Shown: positions 17,935 through 28,391, counted from the stretch's first letter. The stretch is 64,000 nt of DNA from Candidatus Marinacidobacterium sp. (GCA_965220965.1 CBDCRI010000001.1:299303-363302); one strand, 5' to 3'. Numbers and translations: made by a program. Notes: generated by a model from the letters alone, not told the origin.

Positions 17935-20924
17935 CGGGCGCACCGCGGGGATTCGCTCACTCGGCAGCCGTTGAGGTCTACGGTGCCTTCCTAGACGAGT
18001 GTGTCATTGCGCACGTTGCCAAGGATCGCGTTGGCGCTCCCGCGAGGACTGCCAATGCAATCGTCGACGGCCGCCCAGTGCGCTTGGTGACGATCAGCGG
18101 GAAAGGAGGCTGGTCCCCCGATTCGCAATTGCGCGAGCGCTATTCGAAGAACCGCAACGTCAGCCTGCTGGACCACGCGCTCTCCGTGGCGCGCGGTGCG
18201 CTCATGTTCTGGCTTGCCAACGCGCCCAGAGCCTGGTCCGGCGAAAGCGACCTAAAGGAAATAGAGCAGCTAGGGTACAGTGTGGTCTGCATCGCGTTCC
18301 TTCACGACATCGACAAGGATCTGGGGTTGGCGCGCGGGGAGAAAATCCCCGCTGACGCGGTGGCCGAGCGCATGAGGCGCTACGGCATCGATGAGTTTCT
18401 CGCAAAGCATGACATCCGCATGTCGCCTGCAGCGATGCTCAACTACATCGAGGCTGTCGAGGGCACCCAAGTGGCCGGAAGCGCGCCGGCGCCGGATTTC
18501 AACGCGCGAATTGCATCCACCTGCCGTTACGTCGAGTTGGCCGACAAGCTCGATGGAACCTTCTCGAGCAATGAGCCGGGTGGAGGGGTCGAAGGAGTGG
18601 TTGCGTCACTGGGCGACCCAAACCGATGGCCGGTGCTTGGCGACGATTCGGCACTGAAGCGTTGGGAAAGGATAGAGGTTCACGATCATCTTCACCCCTT
18701 TCTCTTGGACGGACTTCAATCGGCACTATCCTCCGCCTGTGAGGACCTCTCCGGCCGCCTTCCCTTGGTCGAGGTGGTCCACGGCGGGCGCCTCCTGGCC
18801 GTGATTCCGCGAGAGCAAGCGGGACCGATCCAAGATCGTGCCCTGGAGCGCTTTCTGCAGGAACTTCCCTACGGCTTGGGCTTCTCGGTCAACAACCGGC
18901 TGGCGTGCGAGTTCGTTGGCGGAGCAGCCTCGTGGCAGGCGTGTCGCGAAGTCATGGACCAAACATCCAACTGGCGTGCCTTCGCAAACCTCCTCGCGCT
19001 CCCAAAGCCTTTTGTCCGTGAACACCGTCAAGCTGTGGACGAGCTTTTTGAGAGCGCGGGCATGTCGAGTTCGTGGAGTTCCATCGACGACGGCGGCGGC
19101 GCCACCGCGAAGCCCGCGCTGAATCACCCCGGAGGATACCCTGCTGACCTGGACATGGAGCCTGCCCATGCGCTGACGTTCCTTGCGATTGCGCTCAACC
19201 ACAGGGACAGCCCGCGCAAGGGCGGCGCGCCGGACGCCGCCTCGCGCGAACGGGAACTGACCGACCTGCTGGAGGCCAACGGCACGCCGTTGCCGCGCTT
19301 CATCGCGGCGAGCCTTGCGCGTGATGCGCGGGCGCGGCGGGTCATGCTCGCATTGTGGGCGGTGGCGGAGATATGGAAGCAGGCTGACGACGATCCAGAC
19401 TCGGCGCAGGAGCTGCTGGACCTCGTCGTTGGTCGCGGCGGCCTTGCGGGCCTGTGGATTGAAGGCGATGAAGCCCGGCCGGGGCTGGCGGCCCAGGTCG
19501 AGGATACGTCGAGTGAAATCACGAGCGCCCTTCGTGAGCGCTTTGGCGCTCAACTGAAAGGGGCCGCCGCGCGGCCGTTTGACGGCGACCAGCCCCGCAA
19601 GCGGTGCATTCTCTGCAACGAGCCGGTCCGCGAGTCACGGCGGGTGAGGACCGAATCGCGCGCCCACGGCATCAAGTCGTCCGCATTTTCGGGACGGGAT
19701 CTGCGCAACGACCACCTCGCCTCCCCTTCCGGCGACACCCACCTTTGCCTAGTGTGCCTCGCCGAGTCACAGCTGCGGCAAGATGCGCAGGAAGAGTTCA
19801 AGGGAAGCGGCGACCTTCCCGCACTCATGTCTTCCCCGACGACGACCGGCCTCTTCGGCGGGCTCGCGTTCCAAAGCGGAGGACCGGGGATCCCCATGGG
19901 CCTGAACGACCTCAATCGCCTCTCGATCAAGAAGGGACGCGTCTACGAAGGCCTCGACTGCCAGAAGCGCCGCATTCGCCTGGCCCGCCTGGAGGCCCAG
20001 CCCCGCAAGGATGGCGAGCTCGTCGCCCAGCTTCGGATGATTCTGCAAGCGGTTCGGCGGCTTGGCCGGCCGATCCACATCTTCCGTGGGGCGCCGCGCC
20101 AACACCCCGCCATCTTTCATTCCGATTCGTTGCCCACATGGCTCGAAAGGCTGCTCGGCGGCGACTCGCTGCGCATAGAACAGCTTGGCGGCGCCATGGC
20201 AAAACTGGAGTTGTTCGAGCGCATGGCCGACATGCCCGGCCTGGGAATCGAGTGGGCCAAGCAGCTTGCGGATCCCGACCACCTAGTGCGGCTCGGCGCC
20301 ATTTGCGTTGCGTGGAGCCTGGCGGTCGACCGGGAGGGCGCCAGGAACGGCAAACAAGCGCGGTCCAACATTGAAGCAAAGACGCGCGAGCACGCGCTCT
20401 CGCTCATCAGAAGCACCGGAGGTGAACCAGTGAACTTGAAAAACAACGCGGACCCCCTGATTCGGCTCGCATGGCTCGCGACACGCATCCAGAAGCGGAG
20501 AGGATTCAAAGATTCAACCGGGAAGCAGCTGCTTTGCTGGAAAATCGCCGTGGACTTCTACGCGGGCGCTAGGGCTTCGACAACGCAAGATCGAACCGCC
20601 CTGATCCTCGGGCTCGCCGGCACGCTTGAGGAGGAGCTAACGAGAAAGGATGACGCGGCTGCGAAAAAGCACCGCGACGATGAGCTTCGGAAGGACCGAG
20701 GGGCAAGTCAAGGCGGCGAGTCGCTTGCCGATGCTTGCGTCACGTTCGCCGAGCACTTTGCCGACAACGTGTGGGGTGCAGCATTCGGCTCGAAGGAGCC
20801 GACCTCGCAGGAGCAGCGGCGCGCGGCGTCCATTTACCGCTTCGCCTTGCTGGAATCCTATCGCGAGCGCGCGATAGCCGAGTCGGCAAGCGCGGCCTTC
20901 AACGACGAAAGCCCGGAATCCTGA
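17931..20924 (+). CDS. cas10d: Type I-D large subunit Cas10d/Csc3 with N-terminal HD nuclease
   Basis: SLLDHALSV...FLHDIDK...LADKLD HD domain, CILC...CLVC zinc finger, ~1000 aa, position before cas7. Confidence 0.85.
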   Translation: MTGAPRGFAHSAAVEVYGAFLDECVIAHVAKDRVGAPARTANAIVDGRPVRLVTISGKGGWSPDSQLRERYSKNRNVSLLDHALSVARGALMFWLANAPRAWSGESDLKEIEQLGYSVVCIAFLHDIDKDLGLARGEKIPADAVAERMRRYGIDEFLAKHDIRMSPAAMLNYIEAVEGTQVAGSAPAPDFNARIASTCRYVELADKLDGTFSSNEPGGGVEGVVASLGDPNRWPVLGDDSALKRWERIEVHDHLHPFLLDGLQSALSSACEDLSGRLPLVEVVHGGRLLAVIPREQAGPIQDRALERFLQELPYGLGFSVNNRLACEFVGGAASWQACREVMDQTSNWRAFANLLALPKPFVREHRQAVDELFESAGMSSSWSSIDDGGGATAKPALNHPGGYPADLDMEPAHALTFLAIALNHRDSPRKGGAPDAASRERELTDLLEANGTPLPRFIAASLARDARARRVMLALWAVAEIWKQADDDPDSAQELLDLVVGRGGLAGLWIEGDEARPGLAAQVEDTSSEITSALRERFGAQLKGAAARPFDGDQPRKRCILCNEPVRESRRVRTESRAHGIKSSAFSGRDLRNDHLASPSGDTHLCLVCLAESQLRQDAQEEFKGSGDLPALMSSPTTTGLFGGLAFQSGGPGIPMGLNDLNRLSIKKGRVYEGLDCQKRRIRLARLEAQPRKDGELVAQLRMILQAVRRLGRPIHIFRGAPRQHPAIFHSDSLPTWLERLLGGDSLRIEQLGGAMAKLELFERMADMPGLGIEWAKQLADPDHLVRLGAICVAWSLAVDREGARNGKQARSNIEAKTREHALSLIRSTGGEPVNLKNNADPLIRLAWLATRIQKRRGFKDSTGKQLLCWKIAVDFYAGARASTTQDRTALILGLAGTLEEELTRKDDAAAKKHRDDELRKDRGASQGGESLADACVTFAEHFADNVWGAAFGSKEPTSQEQRRAASIYRFALLESYRERAIAESASAAFNDESPES
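20430..20924 (+). CDS. cas11d: Putative Cas11d, translated from an internal start in cas10d
   Basis: GGAGGT (20418-20423) 6 nt before an in-frame GTG at 20430, giving a 164-aa helical product. Confidence 0.65.
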   Translation: MNLKNNADPLIRLAWLATRIQKRRGFKDSTGKQLLCWKIAVDFYAGARASTTQDRTALILGLAGTLEEELTRKDDAAAKKHRDDELRKDRGASQGGESLADACVTFAEHFADNVWGAAFGSKEPTSQEQRRAASIYRFALLESYRERAIAESASAAFNDESPES

Positions 20925-20943
20925 CCCGAGAGTTTCCAACCAC

Positions 20944-21954
20944 ATGGAGAACATGATGCTCGACCAATTCAATGCGTATCTCAACGACGGCGACCTTACC
21001 GAGGAGGTGACCGCCGCCAACGGCAAGGACACCTACGTGATGCCCAAGCGGCGCAATGCCGGACATGTGGCCATCGCACTCATCCGCGAGATCGTGGCGC
21101 CCACCGTCTTCCGCAATGCGGAGGAGGAAATCACCGACATCGAGGACCGGAAGGGCATTCGCCGCGTGCGGGCGACGCCGAACAAGTTCAAGTTCGGGGA
21201 GCGCGGCCGGGGCCTGTTGGTGCTGCGCGCTTGGAACGTCGGTGGCCGGCTGCCGCAAAACCGCACCGCGGTCGGTCAGCGAATGCCGGTCCGTGAGGCG
21301 TTGGACCTGAACACCCTAGTGTTCGGCGACTCGACCATGTTGGGTACGCGGGTCCTGCCGGTCAAGGCGGCCGTTCAGTACTCCGACGCGCTGAGCACCA
21401 CGCCGTACCGCGAGGCCGTAGGCGAGAGCTTTCACCACCGTGGCGACGAGACCGGAACGTTGTGGGACGCAGAGGGAAAGAAGAACACCGAAAACCTGTT
21501 TACGCGTCACTTCGTGCGACCCGGGACGACGCTGATCCAGATCCTCACCAGCAACGGCCGGCAGCTTCCGCCGATTGGCCTCGACCACCTGCTGCTGAGC
21601 CTTGGCCTCGCCGGCTCTTACGGCGGACAGACCTCGGTGACGGGAGTGAACGTGCGCACGCACATCGCTGGCATCTTCGCCTCGCGTCTTGAGGTGCCAG
21701 TTTCGTCACCTTACGAGTTGCTCCGCAAGGTGCCGGAATCCGGCTCCGCGGACAAGCTGGCAGCCGGGGTGTACCAGGAGATGAAGGAGCACTACCAAAC
21801 GCGCGCCGATGGCGCCGAAGCGTCAGCGCATCAGCGGCAGCTCGTCCATGCGTTCGAGCGCGACGACTCGGAGCTGCGGCGCCGGTATGAAGACGCTGCG
21901 CCCAAGATCGCGGACATGTTCGAGGGGTACTTCAACCCCGAGAAGAAGGCGTGA
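20944..21954 (+). CDS. cas7: Type I-D Cas7/Csc2
   Basis: KFKFGERGRG, LVFGDS, VKAAVQYSDALS, HFVRPGT and YGGQTS motifs. Confidence 0.85.
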   Translation: MENMMLDQFNAYLNDGDLTEEVTAANGKDTYVMPKRRNAGHVAIALIREIVAPTVFRNAEEEITDIEDRKGIRRVRATPNKFKFGERGRGLLVLRAWNVGGRLPQNRTAVGQRMPVREALDLNTLVFGDSTMLGTRVLPVKAAVQYSDALSTTPYREAVGESFHHRGDETGTLWDAEGKKNTENLFTRHFVRPGTTLIQILTSNGRQLPPIGLDHLLLSLGLAGSYGGQTSVTGVNVRTHIAGIFASRLEVPVSSPYELLRKVPESGSADKLAAGVYQEMKEHYQTRADGAEASAHQRQLVHAFERDDSELRRRYEDAAPKIADMFEGYFNPEKKA

Positions 21955-21957
21955 ACC

Positions 21958-22620
21958 GTGGCTGCGGCCCTCTTCCCGTTTAAACTGACTGCGCTGTCGC
22001 CCTGGGCATGGCACGGGCTCGCCGTGCCATCGGGAACCTCGACGCTGAACGATGTCGTCACCGACACCGCAATGGCGTTCGCGACGGCGGCGGCGCTGGG
22101 CATGATGCCCCGTTCGCCATGCCTGCCGTCGGCACCCGACTATCGGAACCACTTGGCCGCCTTGCCCTTCAAGACCGCGCTCTTCACGGGGACCGGCAAC
22201 CGGCTCAACCGGCCATTGGCGCGCCGCCTCAACCTCGATCCGGAGTGCGGGATGCCGAAGAGCGTTCACGATGCACGCAACAGCGGCAACGTCAAGGACT
22301 ACTTCCACATCCACGAGGTCGCGGCGGGAGCCGTTTTCCACGGGAGCTTTCTCCACGCCGATCCGATGGAGCTGGCATTCGAAGCCTATGGCGAGAGGCC
22401 GGAAGGGCTCGTCATCCGGCTGGGTTTGGGGAGAAACGGCATGGGACTCCTGCAGCGATGCGACGAACAGGCTCCCGTACGGCTCAATCTCCATACGGCG
22501 CAACTCTTCGATCCAGACGTCGATCTAAGGGCGGGGCCGTATCGCCTGCACAACATCCAGCCCAGCGAACCGCTGGATCCTGACGAGGCTTTGCGCATCA
22601 CCGCCGGTTGGCATCGGTGA
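21958..22620 (+). CDS. cas5: Type I-D Cas5/Csc1
   Basis: DTAMAFA and IRLGLGRNG G-rich loop; position after cas7. Confidence 0.75.
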   Translation: MAAALFPFKLTALSPWAWHGLAVPSGTSTLNDVVTDTAMAFATAAALGMMPRSPCLPSAPDYRNHLAALPFKTALFTGTGNRLNRPLARRLNLDPECGMPKSVHDARNSGNVKDYFHIHEVAAGAVFHGSFLHADPMELAFEAYGERPEGLVIRLGLGRNGMGLLQRCDEQAPVRLNLHTAQLFDPDVDLRAGPYRLHNIQPSEPLDPDEALRITAGWHR

Positions 22621-22627
22621 ACGGACA

Positions 22628-24682
22628 GTGATCATCCGTTCCCATTCAGTGCGCATGCTGCCCAGCGGCCTGTCGCCAATGCAGCAAAGCTTGCTGGACT
22701 CGGAGCGATTCGTCCGGCTGGTGTCGGCGCCCACGGGCTCCGGAAAGTCCTACGCATTCATGCGCGCGGTGCTGGAGCGCGATGCGCGCGTGCTGTTCAT
22801 CGTGCCCACGAAACGCCTGCTGCAGAACCTGATCGAGGATGCGCGTGAACAGGCGGACGAGCACTGGCGCGATCAGGGCCTCGACGAAGCGCGGCGCACC
22901 GCCTGGACCAATGAGCGAATTGTCGAGTGGTCCGGCAATCAGGCCGACGACGGCGGCGGGAGCCTGGCGGCCAAACGCGCCGGACAGCTCTTTTCGATCA
23001 GCGAAGAAAGAACCGGTGGGGTCATCTTCGCCATCCCTGAGGTGGTGGTCTCGTCGATCTCGGGAATCCGCATCAAGGGGGCAAGCGCAATCAACCCCTT
23101 CGAATTCGTGCACGCCTTCGACCATGTCGTGTTCGACGAGTTCCACACAATCGACGACCGCGCCTTTGGCCTGGCCAGCCTTCTGTCGCTGCTCGCGGTG
23201 ACGCAACGGCAAGGCAAGGTGTCGCTGCTCTCCGCCACGCCGATAGACGTGACCGGAGTTCTTGCCCGGTGCGGCGTGGGGCCAGACAAGATCGAGAGCA
23301 TCCCCGAGGAGATTGTCGATGGGCATCCGCCAGGGCATCGTGAGATACATGGCGACGTGTCGGTGTCCGTAGACCCGCGCACTTTGCCGGAATTGGTCGA
23401 GGCGAACATCGATTCCGTGCGAACCTCGGTCGCGGGCCAGCGCACGGTGATAGTCATCTACGACTCCCTGCAGCGCCTGCGGGAGGACGAGTCGAACCTG
23501 CGAGCGAAGCTTCGCGCCGCCGGCATCGGAGAGGACAGGATTTGCGCCATCAACTCCATCGAAGACTCCAGGCGGGCGCCAGACGAGCCCCGCCGCGGGC
23601 GAAGGTTTGCGGATCCGCGCGACTTCGACGTGCTCATCTGCACATCGACCGTAGAAGTCGGCGTCACGTTCCGCAGCGATCTCATGTTCATGGAGCCCGG
23701 ATTTGGAGAGGCCAGCTTCGTTCAGCGGGTGGGCCGAGTGTCGCGCGGCGCGGACGACGGGCAGGTCTTCGTGTCGTTGCCAGAACGCACGCGCGCGCGC
23801 AACGCATGGACACGACGTGTCGAGACCGTCATTCGGGAGAATGCGGAGCTGACGATTCAGGAGTTCACCGAGAATGTCCTTCGTGACGTTAGAAGGCGGC
23901 TTGAGCCGACGCGCAAGGAAGCCGAAGCCGACTGGTCCGCTCCCAACACCGCACTTTCGTTCTACCGGCGCCCCTCGTGGCGCGGCGCATTCTGGGCGGC
24001 GCTTTTCATTGTCGCGATCCGGCGGCAGAAAATGACGGTACAAAGGGCGGCGCGGGAGCGGCTGCGCGCGCTCTCGCCCAGCACCGTGAGGTTCGTCGAC
24101 GCCAAGATCGGCGACATCATGTCCGTGGATGCAGTGAACAACAACCTGCGCAGCGCGTCGCAGCCACACCGGGCATGGGCGAACGCTCTTCTTGCAAGCG
24201 CTCTGACCTACCGCGACATCGGCCGGACCATCCGTGTTGTCGATCCCGACGGCTGCAGCCATGTGGTGTCGGAATCCTATCTCCGGCGAGCCACCGATGT
24301 TCTAAGGCGGCACATCGTTTCCGACGACAGCGGGGAACCTGTGATCCAATTGCTGTCCCGCAGCCTTCGGGAGGAGGAGAGCAAGGGGTCCTCCGGCCAG
24401 CCGAGGGCGCAGAGGATGACGCTCTACGTCCGTTCCCCGATCGGCGAAGGAGACTTCGCTCTGCCGATCTACGAACGGGAAAGGGGAACCGAGCAGCTCA
24501 ACGTGCGTCTTGTCAAGGAATGGCGCAATCAGTTCGCCAACTTCCTGCCAGCGCCGGGCGAGAAAGACATGCATCCGCGGAAGAAAGTGATGGCCGCCGC
24601 CACGGCACTGGTCGAGGTCATCGGCCGGCCGCCGCATGAAGAGGACTATGAGGATTCTGCAGAAAGCGCGATGTTTGCGTGA
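22628..24682 (+). CDS. cas3: Cas3' helicase without HD domain
   Basis: APTGSGKS, DEFH, SAT, TSTVEVGV and QRVGRVSR; Walker A lies near the N-terminus, leaving no room for an HD domain. Confidence 0.9.
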   Translation: MIIRSHSVRMLPSGLSPMQQSLLDSERFVRLVSAPTGSGKSYAFMRAVLERDARVLFIVPTKRLLQNLIEDAREQADEHWRDQGLDEARRTAWTNERIVEWSGNQADDGGGSLAAKRAGQLFSISEERTGGVIFAIPEVVVSSISGIRIKGASAINPFEFVHAFDHVVFDEFHTIDDRAFGLASLLSLLAVTQRQGKVSLLSATPIDVTGVLARCGVGPDKIESIPEEIVDGHPPGHREIHGDVSVSVDPRTLPELVEANIDSVRTSVAGQRTVIVIYDSLQRLREDESNLRAKLRAAGIGEDRICAINSIEDSRRAPDEPRRGRRFADPRDFDVLICTSTVEVGVTFRSDLMFMEPGFGEASFVQRVGRVSRGADDGQVFVSLPERTRARNAWTRRVETVIRENAELTIQEFTENVLRDVRRRLEPTRKEAEADWSAPNTALSFYRRPSWRGAFWAALFIVAIRRQKMTVQRAARERLRALSPSTVRFVDAKIGDIMSVDAVNNNLRSASQPHRAWANALLASALTYRDIGRTIRVVDPDGCSHVVSESYLRRATDVLRRHIVSDDSGEPVIQLLSRSLREEESKGSSGQPRAQRMTLYVRSPIGEGDFALPIYERERGTEQLNVRLVKEWRNQFANFLPAPGEKDMHPRKKVMAAATALVEVIGRPPHEEDYEDSAESAMFA

Positions 24683-25211
24683 ACTGGCGGAGGAGCGCGG
24701 CCTGCACGGCCTTTACTTCCAGCATGTGGCCTTGTGCCGACGACGTGCCTGGCTGCACCTGATGGGCGCGACGCACGCCGCCCATCACTCTCGCGTCCAA
24801 AGGGGCCTTGCGCTGCATCAGACCGAGAAGCGCCCCGGAGAGGCGCCACGGGGACTTGGCATTGCGCCTGACGCAATCGACTTCAAGCGCCGCGTTGTCA
24901 TCGAAAGGAAGGGGGGCGCCGGAGCAAGCGACGCGGTTTCCAGGCAGGCGCTGTTCTACGCCGCATTCATGACGGGAGCCTCCGGAGAGCACTGGCAAGC
25001 GGAGGTTCACGTCTACGGATCCCGCGCGAAGAGGACCTACCATCTCACTGAGGATGCGCTGGACCGGCTCATCCGCGACGCGCAGGAGAGCCGTGGCTTG
25101 GCAGCCGGGCCGGCGCCACCGGCCCGTCGCATTCCGCTCTGCGAAGCCTGCAGCTGCAATCCCCTGTGCTGGGATGAGGAGCATGATGGACACAGTGATC
25201 GTACCGCGTGA
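24648..25211 (+). CDS. cas4: Cas4 exonuclease
   Basis: LCRRRAWL, PDAID, IERK, QALFY and CEACSCNPLC Fe-S cysteines. Confidence 0.9.
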   Translation: MRILQKARCLRELAEERGLHGLYFQHVALCRRRAWLHLMGATHAAHHSRVQRGLALHQTEKRPGEAPRGLGIAPDAIDFKRRVVIERKGGAGASDAVSRQALFYAAFMTGASGEHWQAEVHVYGSRAKRTYHLTEDALDRLIRDAQESRGLAAGPAPPARRIPLCEACSCNPLCWDEEHDGHSDRTA

Positions 25212-26154
25212 CGCACGGCTGAGCCGTCACGAAAACGCGCTGGTGGTCCTGTCTGACGCTGGGCGCAAGGCGATTCCCCTGCACGGGGTAAAGCACGTCG
25301 TGTGCATGGGCGACGGTTCGATCTCCATTCGCCTGCTCAAGGACATGGGACGAAACGGCATTCGCTTCTCGGTGCTCGATGCAGGGGGACGATTTCTGGG
25401 CGCATTCGAGCCTGAGGATGAAACGCCTTCGGGCCGAGTCCGAGTCGGCCAAGCTTCGCTGTTTCTGGATGAGGCGGCCCGCCTTCGTCTGGCCAAGCTG
25501 ATCGTGGCTGCGCAGGTGAAGTCCATGCGAGGGCTGCTGCAACGCTATCGGCGGAATGGCGTCACCGGCATCGAAGCATCCCTGGACGGCATTCAGAGCG
25601 CCCTCGCCCTGGCAAGTGAAGCCGCCAGCATCGAGCAGCTCATGGGCGCAGAAGGGCATGCTCGCGCATTCCTGCACGATGCGTTCAAGGAGGTTTCAAT
25701 GGATGCCCGCCTCGACCGCAGAGTTCGACGTCCGCCTTCAGATCCCGTCAACTGCCTGATGTCGTTCTTCAACATGCTGCTCTACTCCGCGTGCGCGAGC
25801 GAACTCGCCAAGACCCACCTGGATCGGAGCATTTCGTTCCTTCATGCTCCAGGCACCGGCAGGCGTTCGCTCTCGATCGACATGGCCGAGAACTTCAGGC
25901 CGGTGTTGTCGGACGCCCTTCTGCTGTCCATTTTTCGCCGGGGCCATGCGGACCGGTCATGGTTCGATCGGTCGCCCGGAGTATACCTGCTCAGCGAGAA
26001 GGGGCGAATCAAGGCCACGCAGCGCTTTTGGGGGCGCATCGAGGAAAGCGTCGGCGAACAGACGCTTCGGCAGGCGATCCACCGCCAGTGCCTGTCCTTG
26101 GAGCGCGAGGCGTTGGGAATCGGGCGGTTCAGGCCTTTCGTCTGGCGGGGTTGA
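25183..26154 (+). CDS. cas1: Cas1 integrase
   Basis: LMGAEG, RRPPSDPVNCLMSF, SFLH and SLSIDMAENFRP. Confidence 0.95.
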   Translation: MMDTVIVPRDARLSRHENALVVLSDAGRKAIPLHGVKHVVCMGDGSISIRLLKDMGRNGIRFSVLDAGGRFLGAFEPEDETPSGRVRVGQASLFLDEAARLRLAKLIVAAQVKSMRGLLQRYRRNGVTGIEASLDGIQSALALASEAASIEQLMGAEGHARAFLHDAFKEVSMDARLDRRVRRPPSDPVNCLMSFFNMLLYSACASELAKTHLDRSISFLHAPGTGRRSLSIDMAENFRPVLSDALLLSIFRRGHADRSWFDRSPGVYLLSEKGRIKATQRFWGRIEESVGEQTLRQAIHRQCLSLEREALGIGRFRPFVWRG

Positions 26155-26157
26155 TCG

Positions 26158-26457
26158 ATGTTCGTATTGGTTTCCTACGACGTGCCCGCCAAGCGAACGG
26201 CGATATTCAGGAAGCTGCTGAAGGGGTTCCTTGTGCACGAGCAGGCTTCCGTTTTCATGGGCGACCTGCCGGAGTCGGAACTCATCAAGTTGACTTCCGA
26301 GATATCGAACAAGATTGGACCGGATGATCGGATACTGAAGCTGGTGTGCCGAAACCGCCACAACGTGGAGGTGGAGCAGCTCAGCAAGGACGCCCTCGGA
26401 GGGCCGATGCGCCAGGACGAAGATGCGTGGCACGGAAAAAACTGGTCTGTGCTCTGA
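26158..26457 (+). CDS. cas2: Cas2
   Basis: MFVLVSYDV...EQASVFMG. Confidence 0.95.
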   Translation: MFVLVSYDVPAKRTAIFRKLLKGFLVHEQASVFMGDLPESELIKLTSEISNKIGPDDRILKLVCRNRHNVEVEQLSKDALGGPMRQDEDAWHGKNWSVL

Positions 26458-26586
26458 CCCATTCATTTACGCGCTTGGAAGAAAATCTGCCGATGGCCGG
26501 GCGTCAGGCGCAGTTTTCCAGCCTTTCCGGCGCGCAATGGTAACTACATGCTGCAATAGGGCAACAAAAACCCTATGATTTCGAGG

Positions 26587-28056
26587 GTTCCCAATCCCCA
26601 TGAGGGGTAATGAGGAGGACGTTCGAACGAAGCTTAAGCAGCATACGTTGTTCCCAATCCCCATGAGGGGTAATGAGGAGGTTGTGGAGTACACCCAGAA
26701 CCTAAAGAACATGAGTTCCCAATCCCCATGAGGGGTAATGAGTACTGCGACCCGCCCTATGTCAACAGCGCCGTGAACGGTTCCCAATCCCCATGAGGGG
26801 TAATGAGCCCGTCAACCTGCCGAAGCGCATCCCGTGGTTCAAAGTTCCCAATCCCCATGAGGGGTAATGAGCGGCAGCCTTGCGCTCGCGCTTGGCCGGT
26901 TGGTTCATGTTCCCAATCCCCATGAGGGGTAATGAGACGGACGCATTCACTCAAACCGTCAGCCAGAGCATAGGTTCCCAATCCCCATGAGGGGTAATGA
27001 GAAATGCTGAAAGGCGTGTACAAGTTGCTCAAGGAAAAGTTCCCAATCCCCATGAGGGGTAATGAGGGTTTGTTTCACCAATGAGGAAAGACAATGCTGC
27101 AAAGGTTCCCAATCCCCATGAGGGGTAATGAGTATGCCGTGTACTGGATCAAGCAGGCCGTGCAGCGCAGCGGTTCCCAATCCCCATGAGGGGTAATGAG
27201 TATCCCGCTGTGGCGCATCACGGCGTAAGCCGTCTGACGTCGTTCCCAATCCCCATGAGGGGTAATGAGCAGCGACTTCTGAACCGAACTGCCGGCAAGC
27301 GTTCCCGGTTCCCAATCCCCATGAGGGGTAATGAGGTTCAGGTCGATGGTCATCGCAGCAACTCCAGCAGCACGTTCCCAATCCCCATGAGGGGTAATGA
27401 GTCTAGAGCAAGGAGGCTCTAAGCAATGGAGAACAAAGGGTTCCCAATCCCCATGAGGGGTAATGAGCCAGTTGCACTCAAGTATGAAGGCATCGCCGAT
27501 CCGGGTTCCCAATCCCCATGAGGGGTAATGAGATGCAAACCTTCACTTTCGCCGAAACCCCTGCCGGAACGTTTCCCAATCCCCATGAGGGGTAATGAGT
27601 TGGCCAGCCCTCGGCAATGCGGGTCAAGGATGAGGTTGTTCCCAATCCCCATGAGGGGTAATGAGTTACGGACCGTGCTCTAGTCGCTTCGCGACCCAAG
27701 CCCTTTACCAATCCCCATGAGGGGTAATGAGATGGGAGCAGAGCCACCCGTAGAACTGCAGGACGGACAGTTCCCAATCCCCATGAGGGGTAATGAGGAT
27801 GACAAGCTGAGGCGCAAGGACGCCTGCAAGGGTGGTTCCCAATCCCCATGAGGGGTAATGAGAGGGTGACGTGCCTTATGGCTTTTGGTACTGTGAGACG
27901 TTCCTAATCCCCATGAGGGGTAATGAGGACTTCTGCGCCGACGTCGACGGGGGGCTGACGCGCGTTCCCAATCCCCATGAGGGGTACCCAGTTGAACGCT
28001 GACCGCTTCGAGGTTTGCGCGGCGGCCCGTTCCCACTCCCGATGAGGGGCATGGGT
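26587..28056 (+). CRISPR. CRISPR array of the type I-D system, ~23 repeats and 22 spacers
   Basis: 28-nt repeat GTTCCCAATCCCCATGAGGGGTAATGAG (CCCC-ATGA-GGGG hairpin); spacers ~35-41 nt; AT-richer leader 26458-26586; repeats decay at the cas-distal end. Confidence 0.97.
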
Positions 28057-28391
28057 GGGGCCGGTGGCCGCGTTTATGGGTTATGGCCTTCGTGCGGTTC
28101 TCGCCGCGCCCTACCTCTTGATTGAGGGCAGCCAAGCCGGCGCGGCGGGCACTCGCGGACGGACGACTTTTCGCTGATTGCGGAGGCAATGGCCACCTGC
28201 GTCTCACCGTCGGTCCCCGACCTGCCGCCATCGCCAAGTAGCGCTCAGTTGCGGTTGGAGCGGCGGCTTTGGGGAGAAAATCCGGGGGAAGTCAGCGCTA
28301 ACTTAGGGCGACAGAGGCCTCCGCCCGGCGTAGGAGGCAACTGTGGTAGGCCTTGTGGCTTGGGCACGGAGCATTCCCCGCCGCCGGACGC

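Noticed and set aside
26467-28237. ORFs with repeating LITPHGDWE / SLPLMGIGN peptides
   Set aside because: They are translations of the CRISPR repeat.
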